Below are positions 8,699-17,594 of a DNA stretch of 43,290 nt, piece by piece (positions within the stretch are counted from its first letter, which is position 1; each line of letters starts with the position of its first letter). A model generated the notes under the pieces. The model was not told the origin of the DNA. It ran no database searches and saw only the letters and a list, made by a program, of their open reading frames with translations. The translations under genes were made by a program, and so were the position numbers. The DNA comes from a virus, in the IMG/VR virus record IMGVR_UViG_3300037461_000718, positions 1-43,290 of that record; one strand, given 5' to 3'.

Positions 8699-9583
8699 AT
8701 GGGAAGCGGGGCTTTCTTAGGTGCGGGGCTTGGTCGGATGTTCGCCGGGGCCACGGAAGGAGCGACTCAAGGGCAAATGCAACGGATGTTGTTCGACCGA
8801 CAGGACCGCTTGGACGCGCTGCGGGAACAGCAAATGAACCTGCAACGCGACCAGATGACTCAGGACAATGAGGTCAAGCGGGCAGGCGCCGTAAAGGGAT
8901 TCATCCAGGGCGCGGCCGACTTCTTCAAGATGACGGGCGACAAGAACGCGACAATCAGGTTTTGGAATCAGAACGCCCAGAAATACGGGCTGGGTCAGAT
9001 TTCAGACCTGGCGCCTACGGAGGAGCCCGACAAGTGGCAAGTCCACACCGTTGAGGGTCAGGCCTATTTCGTGAGAATGCCGAAGGCGCAAGGCCAGGCT
9101 CCCGAGATTGTTTCGGCCAACATCCCGAAGTCTCCTAAACGTCAGTTTGAGGACGTGTCGGCCGGCTACAAAACCGACAAGATATTGACCGGGACCAAAG
9201 AGGAAGCCGAGGCGGCGGCCGGGATCCAGGCGCCTTCTTCCGATCGGAAGCAAACCACGCCCGAGCAGGCAATGAAACGCAAGCTGGCTGTTTTGGAGAG
9301 CCTCTACAAGCTGGAGAAGGGCGGAGTTGACCCGGCAATGGCGGCAATCGCCAAGAGCTTCGATCCCGCTTTCAACCCTCAAGCCGGTCTCGATCCCGCG
9401 TTGAAGCAGCGCATCACGGAGCAGGCGGAGGCCGAGATTGCACAGATGGACGCGATTATCAAGGGTGGATCCGCTGGGGCCGAGGGGGGATCTTTGGAGG
9501 TGTCTCTTGTCGGGAAACCGGCGGGCAGGTACAGGGCCGGCGGCCGAATTATCAAATGGGACGGGACGAAGGTGATTGAATGA
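8699..9583 (+). CDS. Internal virion/ejection protein candidate
   Basis: 294 aa with a Gly-rich N-terminus and a Gln/Glu-rich helical body. It sits between two other core-protein candidates. Confidence 0.4.
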   Translation: MGSGAFLGAGLGRMFAGATEGATQGQMQRMLFDRQDRLDALREQQMNLQRDQMTQDNEVKRAGAVKGFIQGAADFFKMTGDKNATIRFWNQNAQKYGLGQISDLAPTEEPDKWQVHTVEGQAYFVRMPKAQGQAPEIVSANIPKSPKRQFEDVSAGYKTDKILTGTKEEAEAAAGIQAPSSDRKQTTPEQAMKRKLAVLESLYKLEKGGVDPAMAAIAKSFDPAFNPQAGLDPALKQRITEQAEAEIAQMDAIIKGGSAGAEGGSLEVSLVGKPAGRYRAGGRIIKWDGTKVIE

Positions 9584-9653
9584 AAGCAAAATTTTCCACG
9601 ATGGTGAAATGCTTTCTTTCGGACTTCAAGGAAACCTTCGTTGAATTCTACGG

Positions 9654-12600
9654 ATGGCTTTACAGGGACATCGTGGGATGAAAATCGAATACCTTGGACC
9701 CCTTGAACGGCGAGAAAACTACGATCCCGAGGTGATCGAGGCGGCGCTGAAGCATGGTGTTGACCCTGACCTTGCGCTTGCCGTGCATCACCAGGAGTAT
9801 TCTCCCGACAAATGGGTGAGCAGCGCGAAAGCTCGCGGCCCGATGCAGCTCATGCCGGATACGGCAAGGGGTCTTGGCGTCGATCCGGACGACCCGAAGC
9901 AGAACATTGACGGAGGCGTGCGCTATCTCAAGAGTCAGCTCGACAAGTACCGAAACGAAGGGATAGCCCTGGCGGCCTACAATGCGGGACCCGGGGCCGT
10001 TGACACTCACGGAGGCATTCCGCCCTATTACGAGACCCAGAAATATGTGATGCAAGTGAGGAGCAAGCGGGACAAGCTCAAGCGGAAGAACATGGAGCCG
10101 GTCTACCTTGGGCCTCTGGAAGATGAAGAGATCGAGTATCTGGGGCCGTTGGAAGAGGAACCCGGCCAGATCGAATTCCCGGTGCAATCGAACGTGGTGA
10201 GGAAGCCGATTCCGAGTGGTGCGAACGATACGGATTGGCTGGAGATGTTGAAATCCATACTGGGGCCGAGTGATGTCGGGGCGGCGGAGATCCCGGCCGG
10301 GGAGACCCAACAGACACGGGGTGAACAAGAGAGAAGCCCGGTGATCGACCTGGGCGGGTCACGTCCGATGATCACGATTACGCCTCCCGGTTACGAAGAG
10401 AAGCCATTCGACGAGGCTGGTTTGTACCGGCCGACTATCAAGGGACAGCCGATAATCTTCGACTCGGAAGAGATCGAGTATCTGGGGCCGTTGGAAGAAG
10501 GCGTGCCGGAAGAACCGGTGCCCGGTGGGGAAGTTTCGCCGGAATTGAAGGCGATTGCATCGGGCATGAAACCGGAAGCCCTGGCGGAAGAACTTCAAGG
10601 ACTTGAAAGCCCATCGGCGTTTACCGATCCGGTCAACCTGGCGGTGGATATCGGAACGGGATTCATGTCCAAGGCGGGACGTGAGGCCGCCGGCGCCATT
10701 GCAGCAGGAGCGGTCAAGGCCGGAAGCAAGGCGCTCGGGAAGGAAGTGGCGGAGCAAGCGGTAACCGGCGGATTGTCGTCGGCATTTTTGAACGCCGTCG
10801 AGGAAGCCGGAGCCGGCCCGATTTTGCAGGAGCTTTCAGGAATCATGGGTCCGATGGCCACGGCAACGCTCTTGCAGATGCCGAGAAGCGGAATCACGGC
10901 ATATCTGAGGCAACTTGAGGCCGGAAATCCACAGGTTTACGAGAAGATCAAGGCCAAGCTGGATCAGATTCTTGACAACCCGGCGATGCGGGTTTTGAGG
11001 GAAGAGACCGGGGGAATTTCCGGAAGTAAACCACTCAGTATCACATTCAAAAGAGGTGATGTAACTAGTCCAAAAGAAACGCTTCGTACACGAGAGAAAT
11101 TGAGAGCCTACTTGTCGGGGATTGATCCGGAACAGGTCAAGGCATTGAAACTCAAGTCGCCGGAAGAGTACAAGGCTTTCCTCCGGAAAATGGTCGATGA
11201 CCTGTTCCCTGATGGCGGAGACCTTCAATTCAGGAAGACAGAAGACGGAAAGACTATAGATCTTGATCATTTCTTAACGGACAGCAGCAGGCAAGATTAC
11301 ATCCATACGCTTCCTGAAACACTCAGAAGGGAAGATATCCGTGTGGAATTCAGGAATGGTGATGCTGATAAAGCCTATTTCATAAAGAAGTATTTTGATT
11401 CAGATATTCAGAAAGACATTTGGGATGTCATCGTAGTCAAAAACGGAGAATTACGAACAAAGTTCGCTAGAAAAGATAAACGCGGGAGGGGGTACGTAGA
11501 GAGCCTTTTGATGAGGGACGGATTCCAGGCGTCTGTTCCATCCACCCCGGGAGAGATTAAGGAGAGCGCCTCCACTCACACCGAGTTACCGGTTAAGAAT
11601 GTATCATCAGAACGTCCGAATGTCAAGACAATCCTGTCCGACGAATCCGGATCCGTCACCACCGAACCCCTTCAAGCCGTCGTGCGCGGCGCCACGAAAT
11701 TCCGAGACTTCGTCACCATCGATCCCATACCGGCCACAAGCAGGGTCAGCAAGGAAGCGGCGGATGCGGCCGTCCAGCATGCGGCAGCGAGGCAGGCCGT
11801 TCCTCACATGGTTGATGACCTTCTTGCCAGGGTGTTCCCGAACGATTACCGCAACCCGGAAGCAATGGCGCGTACCAGGGATATCATGAACAAGGACAAC
11901 ATCCTCGACGGGTACGACACGTTTCTTGAGCGGTCGAAAGAGGCGCTGAAAAACGGGGACCCGAAACTTGCCGACGAGTGGGACGACGCCGCTCATGCCG
12001 TTGCCAGGGAGCACGATGTTGACGCTTACCGGAAAGAAGTGCTCACGCTGATCGAGGCTGCAAGAAATGGAGATCCAGAGGCGCGGAAGGTCGTGCAAGA
12101 CATCCAGCGATGGAAAGCCGTCGTCAACCCGATCCTGGACGGCCTCTACCGGGAGATGAAGAATCAGGACCCGACAACTCCGACCGACGGCCGCGGCCGC
12201 TACCTCGGGGCGAGGGTGAATCTCACCAGCATCGACCGGGCGCAACGTTTGGCCGAGTCCATCAAGGACCACACCCGGCCCATGCCGGAACCCACGGTGG
12301 GCGGCAACTACCGAAACCCGAACGTCAAGCGGGACCCTTACGGCCAGGCGGCGACGTTCACCGGACAGTACACCACCGACATGAGGCTGTCACTCATGGA
12401 CGTGCTGGGATCACGGTGGAATGAAGTCACCAAGTTCCGTCTCTACAAGCAGCTTGTGGATTCCGGGGCGGCTGAATTAAAGGGGCCAGGAGCCCAAGCG
12501 CCGGCCAAGATCCAGGGACAGGACGTGGTGCGCCTGCCCGTCAAGACCCCGGTCACCGGACGGGACGGGAAGACCCGCATGGAAGACGGATCGCTTTTCG

Positions 12601-14258
12601 TGAGGAGCGACCTGGCGCGAGAAATCAAGACCGTATTGGGGATTGAGACACCGCTGCCATCGAACCCGGTCGCCAGGGTTCTGACACAGATCCAGCTGGC
12701 GCAGATCGCCGACGCCGTGACGCACAGCAAAAATATCCTGTCGGTTGTCACCCGGGCGCAGGGCGCAGGGTCCATCTGGCAGGACGTGGTCAGGAAGGTC
12801 CCGATTTTCGGCACCGGTGACGCCGTGGTTCGCATTTCGAGAGTGGCCCGCGAGGTAATGAGGGATTCGCCCGAAATACGAAAAGAGATAGCAAATATGG
12901 CCGCTAGTGGCCTAATCCGCCCTCACTACCCGGCCAGCGGGTTGCAGAAGATAACGAAGGCTCAGGATTTCCTGCATCGGATGGATACGGCGGCTCGGGT
13001 GCTGATGAACCGGTTTTTTGACAACTTGGTTGAACGGGGGCTTGCCAAGGACACGGCAGGCAACCGGAGGCAGTTTATCAACCAGGTGGGGCAGTATAAC
13101 GGCAGGCTGCAGGGTCCGCTCATGAAGGCGCTGAAAGAGTCCGGCATGTCGCCTTTCATCGTGGCCGGAAGGAATTTCAACCGTCAGGGGATACGAGGGT
13201 TGACGGGGCACCCGGGCCTCGAGGCGACGGGGCCGGCGGAAGCCGCTCAAATGCGTATGCTCAACCTGGCGGGGACCGTCATGACGCTTACGGCCATCCC
13301 GATGATGCTGAACATGATCACTACGGGCAAGCCCGGCGGGAGGAGTGGAACGCCGGTTGGGGCGTGGGATCTGGGAACGGAAGAAAACGAGAAGGGCAAG
13401 CATCGGGTCATCGATCTTCTGCAGATGACGGGCTTGCGGCGCGGAATGAGACTATCCGGGGCTGATGCGGTCATCGAGGGAATTCGGGCCGGGCATACAC
13501 CGAACCAGATTGCCGGGCAGATCCTCGAGGATGTGAGCAGAAATGTCACTCACCCATGGGTGGGTCCGGCTCCGGGGTTTGTATCAAAGGCCATAACCGG
13601 GAGGCAACTCGATATCAGGGGCACGATGGAGGCTCACCGGATTCCGGAAGGCGGCGGGATGCAGGCGGTGGAGAATGTTCGGGCCGCGCTGGAGAGCCAA
13701 AACCCGTTGGTGTATTCGATGACAAGACCGCTTTTCGAGCGAATCGGGCTCGAACACAAGCCCGAGGAAGCGTGGGGGGTCAACATTGCCAAGACGTTTT
13801 TGAAGTCGCCCTACAGTGCCTTCGGGGTCAAGGACGTATTCCCGCATATGACGGCGGCGGAGAAGATGGCAACAACCATCCTGCAGGGGAGAGCGCCCCA
13901 AGGAAGGACTCCGGGGCAGGTGGAAGAGACCGGGATCAAGCGGCAGATTGAGCGATTGACAAGAGATGGGAAGCCGATCCCAGAGGAGTTGCGGACCAAG
14001 GCGGAAGCACTGAGCTCAAGAGATATCATGGGGGCAGTTAAGCGCGGGAAGGTTTCCAGGATAGAGAACCTGATCAAGCCGCTTGAGGCCGAAGAGGCGA
14101 TTTCGGTGCTCAAGGTCGCCACGCCGGAGGAACGCGGGAAGATCATCCCGTTGATTATTCCGAAAGTGAAAAGAGCGCTGGAGGAAGGACCCGACGAGCG
14201 CACCAGGAAGCTTATGGAAACCGTACAGGAAGTCGGGAAGACGGCTGCGAAGCGATAA
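9654..14258 (+). CDS. Large internal virion (ejection) protein with an N-terminal lytic transglycosylase domain, filling a T7 gp16-like role
   Basis: 1534 aa. SLT signature HHQEYSP....ARGPMQLMPDTARGLG....NIDGGVRYL.....ALAAYNAGPGAV. An alternative start at ATG 9678 is coupled (ATGA) to a 26-codon upstream ORF at 9601-9681. Confidence 0.8.
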   Translation: MALQGHRGMKIEYLGPLERRENYDPEVIEAALKHGVDPDLALAVHHQEYSPDKWVSSAKARGPMQLMPDTARGLGVDPDDPKQNIDGGVRYLKSQLDKYRNEGIALAAYNAGPGAVDTHGGIPPYYETQKYVMQVRSKRDKLKRKNMEPVYLGPLEDEEIEYLGPLEEEPGQIEFPVQSNVVRKPIPSGANDTDWLEMLKSILGPSDVGAAEIPAGETQQTRGEQERSPVIDLGGSRPMITITPPGYEEKPFDEAGLYRPTIKGQPIIFDSEEIEYLGPLEEGVPEEPVPGGEVSPELKAIASGMKPEALAEELQGLESPSAFTDPVNLAVDIGTGFMSKAGREAAGAIAAGAVKAGSKALGKEVAEQAVTGGLSSAFLNAVEEAGAGPILQELSGIMGPMATATLLQMPRSGITAYLRQLEAGNPQVYEKIKAKLDQILDNPAMRVLREETGGISGSKPLSITFKRGDVTSPKETLRTREKLRAYLSGIDPEQVKALKLKSPEEYKAFLRKMVDDLFPDGGDLQFRKTEDGKTIDLDHFLTDSSRQDYIHTLPETLRREDIRVEFRNGDADKAYFIKKYFDSDIQKDIWDVIVVKNGELRTKFARKDKRGRGYVESLLMRDGFQASVPSTPGEIKESASTHTELPVKNVSSERPNVKTILSDESGSVTTEPLQAVVRGATKFRDFVTIDPIPATSRVSKEAADAAVQHAAARQAVPHMVDDLLARVFPNDYRNPEAMARTRDIMNKDNILDGYDTFLERSKEALKNGDPKLADEWDDAAHAVAREHDVDAYRKEVLTLIEAARNGDPEARKVVQDIQRWKAVVNPILDGLYREMKNQDPTTPTDGRGRYLGARVNLTSIDRAQRLAESIKDHTRPMPEPTVGGNYRNPNVKRDPYGQAATFTGQYTTDMRLSLMDVLGSRWNEVTKFRLYKQLVDSGAAELKGPGAQAPAKIQGQDVVRLPVKTPVTGRDGKTRMEDGSLFVRSDLAREIKTVLGIETPLPSNPVARVLTQIQLAQIADAVTHSKNILSVVTRAQGAGSIWQDVVRKVPIFGTGDAVVRISRVAREVMRDSPEIRKEIANMAASGLIRPHYPASGLQKITKAQDFLHRMDTAARVLMNRFFDNLVERGLAKDTAGNRRQFINQVGQYNGRLQGPLMKALKESGMSPFIVAGRNFNRQGIRGLTGHPGLEATGPAEAAQMRMLNLAGTVMTLTAIPMMLNMITTGKPGGRSGTPVGAWDLGTEENEKGKHRVIDLLQMTGLRRGMRLSGADAVIEGIRAGHTPNQIAGQILEDVSRNVTHPWVGPAPGFVSKAITGRQLDIRGTMEAHRIPEGGGMQAVENVRAALESQNPLVYSMTRPLFERIGLEHKPEEAWGVNIAKTFLKSPYSAFGVKDVFPHMTAAEKMATTILQGRAPQGRTPGQVEETGIKRQIERLTRDGKPIPEELRTKAEALSSRDIMGAVKRGKVSRIENLIKPLEAEEAISVLKVATPEERGKIIPLIIPKVKRALEEGPDERTRKLMETVQEVGKTAAKR
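10125..10156 (+). repeat. 32-bp perfect direct repeat, copy A (encodes EEIEYLGPLEE)
   Basis: gaagagatcgagtatctggggccgttggaaga is identical to 10467-10498. The two copies are in frame and 342 bp apart. Confidence 0.9.
10467..10498 (+). repeat. 32-bp perfect direct repeat, copy B
   Basis: Identical to 10125-10156. Confidence 0.9.
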
Positions 14259-14260
14259 TC

Positions 14261-16339
14261 ATGGAAGGATGGAAAATGAAACGGATTTTTGATGTTTTCG
14301 TGTTTGGACTTGTGGTGATTATCGGTTTCGTTTGGTGCATGCCGGCGGCTGGAGCCGCGGAGGTGTCGGAGCTCCAGGGGATCACGGGGAAAATAGGGCA
14401 GGAAGATATTGAGTGGGGCAGCGGAGAGGCCACCGACACATACACCGTGCCGAGCTACAGCGGGTCCGATGTGACGCTAACCCGGGTGCCATCGCTTGCG
14501 GTGGGCACGGCGAGCAGGGTCAAGGGGCGCTGGTATGTATCGACCGACGCCACGGTTACCGACCACTGTGACAACAGCACGGACGGTTCCCTGGCCTGGA
14601 TTGTGTCTCAGCTTGCCGGCGCCAATGCCGACGTTGAGTTACCTGGCGATACGGATTACATCATCGGTCAGAATTGCACCATTCCATCCAACGTGAGGTT
14701 GATCAAGCAACCTGGCGCGGTGTTTACGGCCACTTCTCCGGTGGCTCTGACCATCAACCGAAAGCCTGACCTCGGGGTTGACCACACCTTTGACGATAAT
14801 GTGAGCGTTCATTTCGCCGCCGGGATTTCTCCGATTCTTGGCGAATGGTTCGGGTCAGACCTATACCGGGCTTACCAGTCGGCGACGTCCGGCAGCATAA
14901 TCAACTACTACGGCGCCCAGACCATCAGTCAACAGATCGTCATGACGAAGGCCAACGTCTCCATCGACGGCGGGAACGCAGGCCAGACCTACCCGGTTAC
15001 TCTGCCGGCCGGTTTTTCCGGTGATTCGGCAATTCAGTACATGGATCATACGCTCGAATGGGACACGATGGGATACGTCACCATCAGGAACATGCACATT
15101 GACGTGGATGATAAGGCCAATTACGGGGTTTTGATATACGGCGGTTATTTTGGCGGTCTTGAAAATGTGAGCATCGTTGACGCCGTCTTGGACGGTGTGA
15201 GATTCGATCTCTCCGGAGCACTGGTCTGGAACAAGGTTTATCTCGACAACGTTGTGACTTTTTCGCCCGGGCGCTACTGCCTTTCAGCCTTTAACAAAGA
15301 CAGCGACACGTCTTACGAGGGAATGTCCGTCAACCGTTTCACCTGCTGGCTGTCTGGTGACACCGGAGTTTACCTCGAAACCACTTATCCCTATCGCCTC
15401 GGAGTCCATTTCAAGGATCTATGGCTTGAGGGCGTGGGGCGGCACGGCATCCACTCCAAGGGGCAGGTGTTTTGGGATGTGGACGGAGGTTGGGTGGAAT
15501 GGAACCCATACTCTCTTGGCGACAACAGCACGGGCCACCGAAACATCAAAATGGAATATTCCACGTATGCTTACGGCGGCATAGCCAAGGTCAACCGATG
15601 GCAGGTTGTGGGAACGACGGCCGGTAACTTGCCCTATATCGACGAATTCAACACCCTGCACGTCTGCGATTCTCAGTTCACGTCAACCAACCACCAAAGA
15701 CAGGCCGAGTGCTACACGCTGGGCAGATTTATGACCGACGTTGCCAATGGCGGCCCCTATCTGGACGTTAAAACATCAACGGGTGCCATCACTCAGCGCG
15801 ACGTTTACGGCAAAAGGTGGATGAGCGTAGAGGGCAACGACACATCGGACGGCAACGAAAGCACGATACCTCTGACCAAGTGGAGAGCGCTCGATTTGCC
15901 GATCATTATTCCGTTCTCCTATGACGATTTTTCCGACAACACCACACTGATCTGGTATCCGCGGGACGATTTTATTCTGACCAATGTGAGCTTTATGTCA
16001 ATCGATGCGTGGACGTGTGCCGGGACGGTCAGTTTCGGAGTGCATGACTACCCATACATTTACATCGATCCAGCCGACAGCTCAGCGTTGAACACCTCCG
16101 CGGCAATACCTTTACAGTCAAAACTGAGTTCCAACTCTGACAACAGGAACTATAACGGCGCTTATTGGCGGATGTATTCGATGAGCGATTATGCACCTCC
16201 CATGCCGAACCTGGGCGAGACCTTCACGTACAACCACATCTCAGCATATACGAGTGGAGGAGACTGCACGGCCGGGTCCGGAATCGTAATCATCGAGGGC
16301 TTTTATATTAACCCGTTGACGCAGTACTCGACTCCGTAA
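14261..16339 (+). CDS. Tailspike/depolymerase candidate with parallel beta-helix-like repeats (likely start ATG 14276)
   Basis: 692 aa. Repeated short strands such as VTIRNMHIDVDD..NYGVLIYGGYFGGLENVSIVDAVLDGVRF are typical of pectate-lyase-fold spikes. The N-terminus is hydrophobic and signal-like. Confidence 0.45.
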   Translation: MEGWKMKRIFDVFVFGLVVIIGFVWCMPAAGAAEVSELQGITGKIGQEDIEWGSGEATDTYTVPSYSGSDVTLTRVPSLAVGTASRVKGRWYVSTDATVTDHCDNSTDGSLAWIVSQLAGANADVELPGDTDYIIGQNCTIPSNVRLIKQPGAVFTATSPVALTINRKPDLGVDHTFDDNVSVHFAAGISPILGEWFGSDLYRAYQSATSGSIINYYGAQTISQQIVMTKANVSIDGGNAGQTYPVTLPAGFSGDSAIQYMDHTLEWDTMGYVTIRNMHIDVDDKANYGVLIYGGYFGGLENVSIVDAVLDGVRFDLSGALVWNKVYLDNVVTFSPGRYCLSAFNKDSDTSYEGMSVNRFTCWLSGDTGVYLETTYPYRLGVHFKDLWLEGVGRHGIHSKGQVFWDVDGGWVEWNPYSLGDNSTGHRNIKMEYSTYAYGGIAKVNRWQVVGTTAGNLPYIDEFNTLHVCDSQFTSTNHQRQAECYTLGRFMTDVANGGPYLDVKTSTGAITQRDVYGKRWMSVEGNDTSDGNESTIPLTKWRALDLPIIIPFSYDDFSDNTTLIWYPRDDFILTNVSFMSIDAWTCAGTVSFGVHDYPYIYIDPADSSALNTSAAIPLQSKLSSNSDNRNYNGAYWRMYSMSDYAPPMPNLGETFTYNHISAYTSGGDCTAGSGIVIIEGFYINPLTQYSTP

Positions 16340-16352
16340 AGCGAGAGGAATC

Positions 16353-17588
16353 ATGAATGAATGGCTGAGTGTCGCGAACGAAATCTCCCGCACCGAAAAC
16401 GGTAAGCAGTATGAGTTGGACCTTGCCGCCGGAATTGGGAAGTTTGGGTTGGAGGCGAGAACCGGGCCAATCCACTATAAGGAGTCCTATGCCGATTCCG
16501 ACCCGTGGCTGGATATTGATGCGGAGTATACTGAGGAATCGGCTGAAGGGCTTGTTTACCCGAAGCTTCCAAACATCATAACGGCCTACAATCCCACACA
16601 AAAACTTGGGTACAAGATTCAGAACAGGAACAACCCAAACCACATCATCACCGTAGAGCTTTATTCGGTCAACGGCATCCTGGCCACTCCAGAGAGACTG
16701 GTGAATCTGGACTTTGACCACTTCTTCCGCATTCATCCTTACCGTGTGGGCATTTGGAAAAGGATGAAGCAGGCATTGAAGAAGGACATAACGATCCGAT
16801 GGAAAATCACCGAAGTCGGGCGGGATGCGTCGGCTATCTATGTCCCAAGTCAGGTTACAAATCCATTGGCTTATTCAATCTCCGACATTCTAAATGTAGA
16901 CGATCCAGAGCAATACCTTGTTCAAATCACCACTCAGCGAACCGATATCGATGAGCACTCTTGGTATTGGAATGAGATTATCCCCAAGGGTGCAATGCTG
17001 GTCGATACCGACTTCAACATAGCCGCTGGAACTGATGACGGATACCGTTATACTGGGACAACCTTTAATCGAAGTGGGAATTATACTATATTTGGTAATA
17101 TAATAGGTTCATCCCACTCATTCTTCAGATTTGCAAATGTTACCATACCGACAGATGACGCGACCATCTCCTCTGCGTATATAACTTTTAAAGCTTATAC
17201 CAGCAGCTCGGGTGAGCCATGTCATGCCATAGTATATGGTAATGATGCCGACAATGCTGCTGCACCGACTACCTATGGTGAATTTGACGCCCTAGTGCTA
17301 ACCACGGCGTCTGCGTCATGGAGTAATGTCCCTAGTTGGACTGTAAATTACACATACCAGACCCCAAGCTTTGTGAGTGTGGTTCAGGAAATTGTAGATA
17401 GAGCTGGGTGGGCTTCTGGTAATGCGGTGCAGATTCTTATCAATGATAACTCTTCCGACGGAGGATGCAACAGAAGACCCTACTCAGAAGAATATGGTTC
17501 AGGTGAAAATTCTGCTATTTTTACGGTGACATGGACAGTACCATCTACAGGAAATGCGTTCTACCTCTTCAATAATCTAAATAGGTAA
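16353..17588 (+). CDS. Tail fibre/receptor-binding protein candidate
   Basis: 411 aa in the tail module. The C-terminal half (from about 16950) is markedly lower in GC (lines counted at about 33%) and looks like a jelly-roll/lectin-type domain. Confidence 0.4.
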   Translation: MNEWLSVANEISRTENGKQYELDLAAGIGKFGLEARTGPIHYKESYADSDPWLDIDAEYTEESAEGLVYPKLPNIITAYNPTQKLGYKIQNRNNPNHIITVELYSVNGILATPERLVNLDFDHFFRIHPYRVGIWKRMKQALKKDITIRWKITEVGRDASAIYVPSQVTNPLAYSISDILNVDDPEQYLVQITTQRTDIDEHSWYWNEIIPKGAMLVDTDFNIAAGTDDGYRYTGTTFNRSGNYTIFGNIIGSSHSFFRFANVTIPTDDATISSAYITFKAYTSSSGEPCHAIVYGNDADNAAAPTTYGEFDALVLTTASASWSNVPSWTVNYTYQTPSFVSVVQEIVDRAGWASGNAVQILINDNSSDGGCNRRPYSEEYGSGENSAIFTVTWTVPSTGNAFYLFNNLNR

Positions 17589-17594
17589 CTTGCC

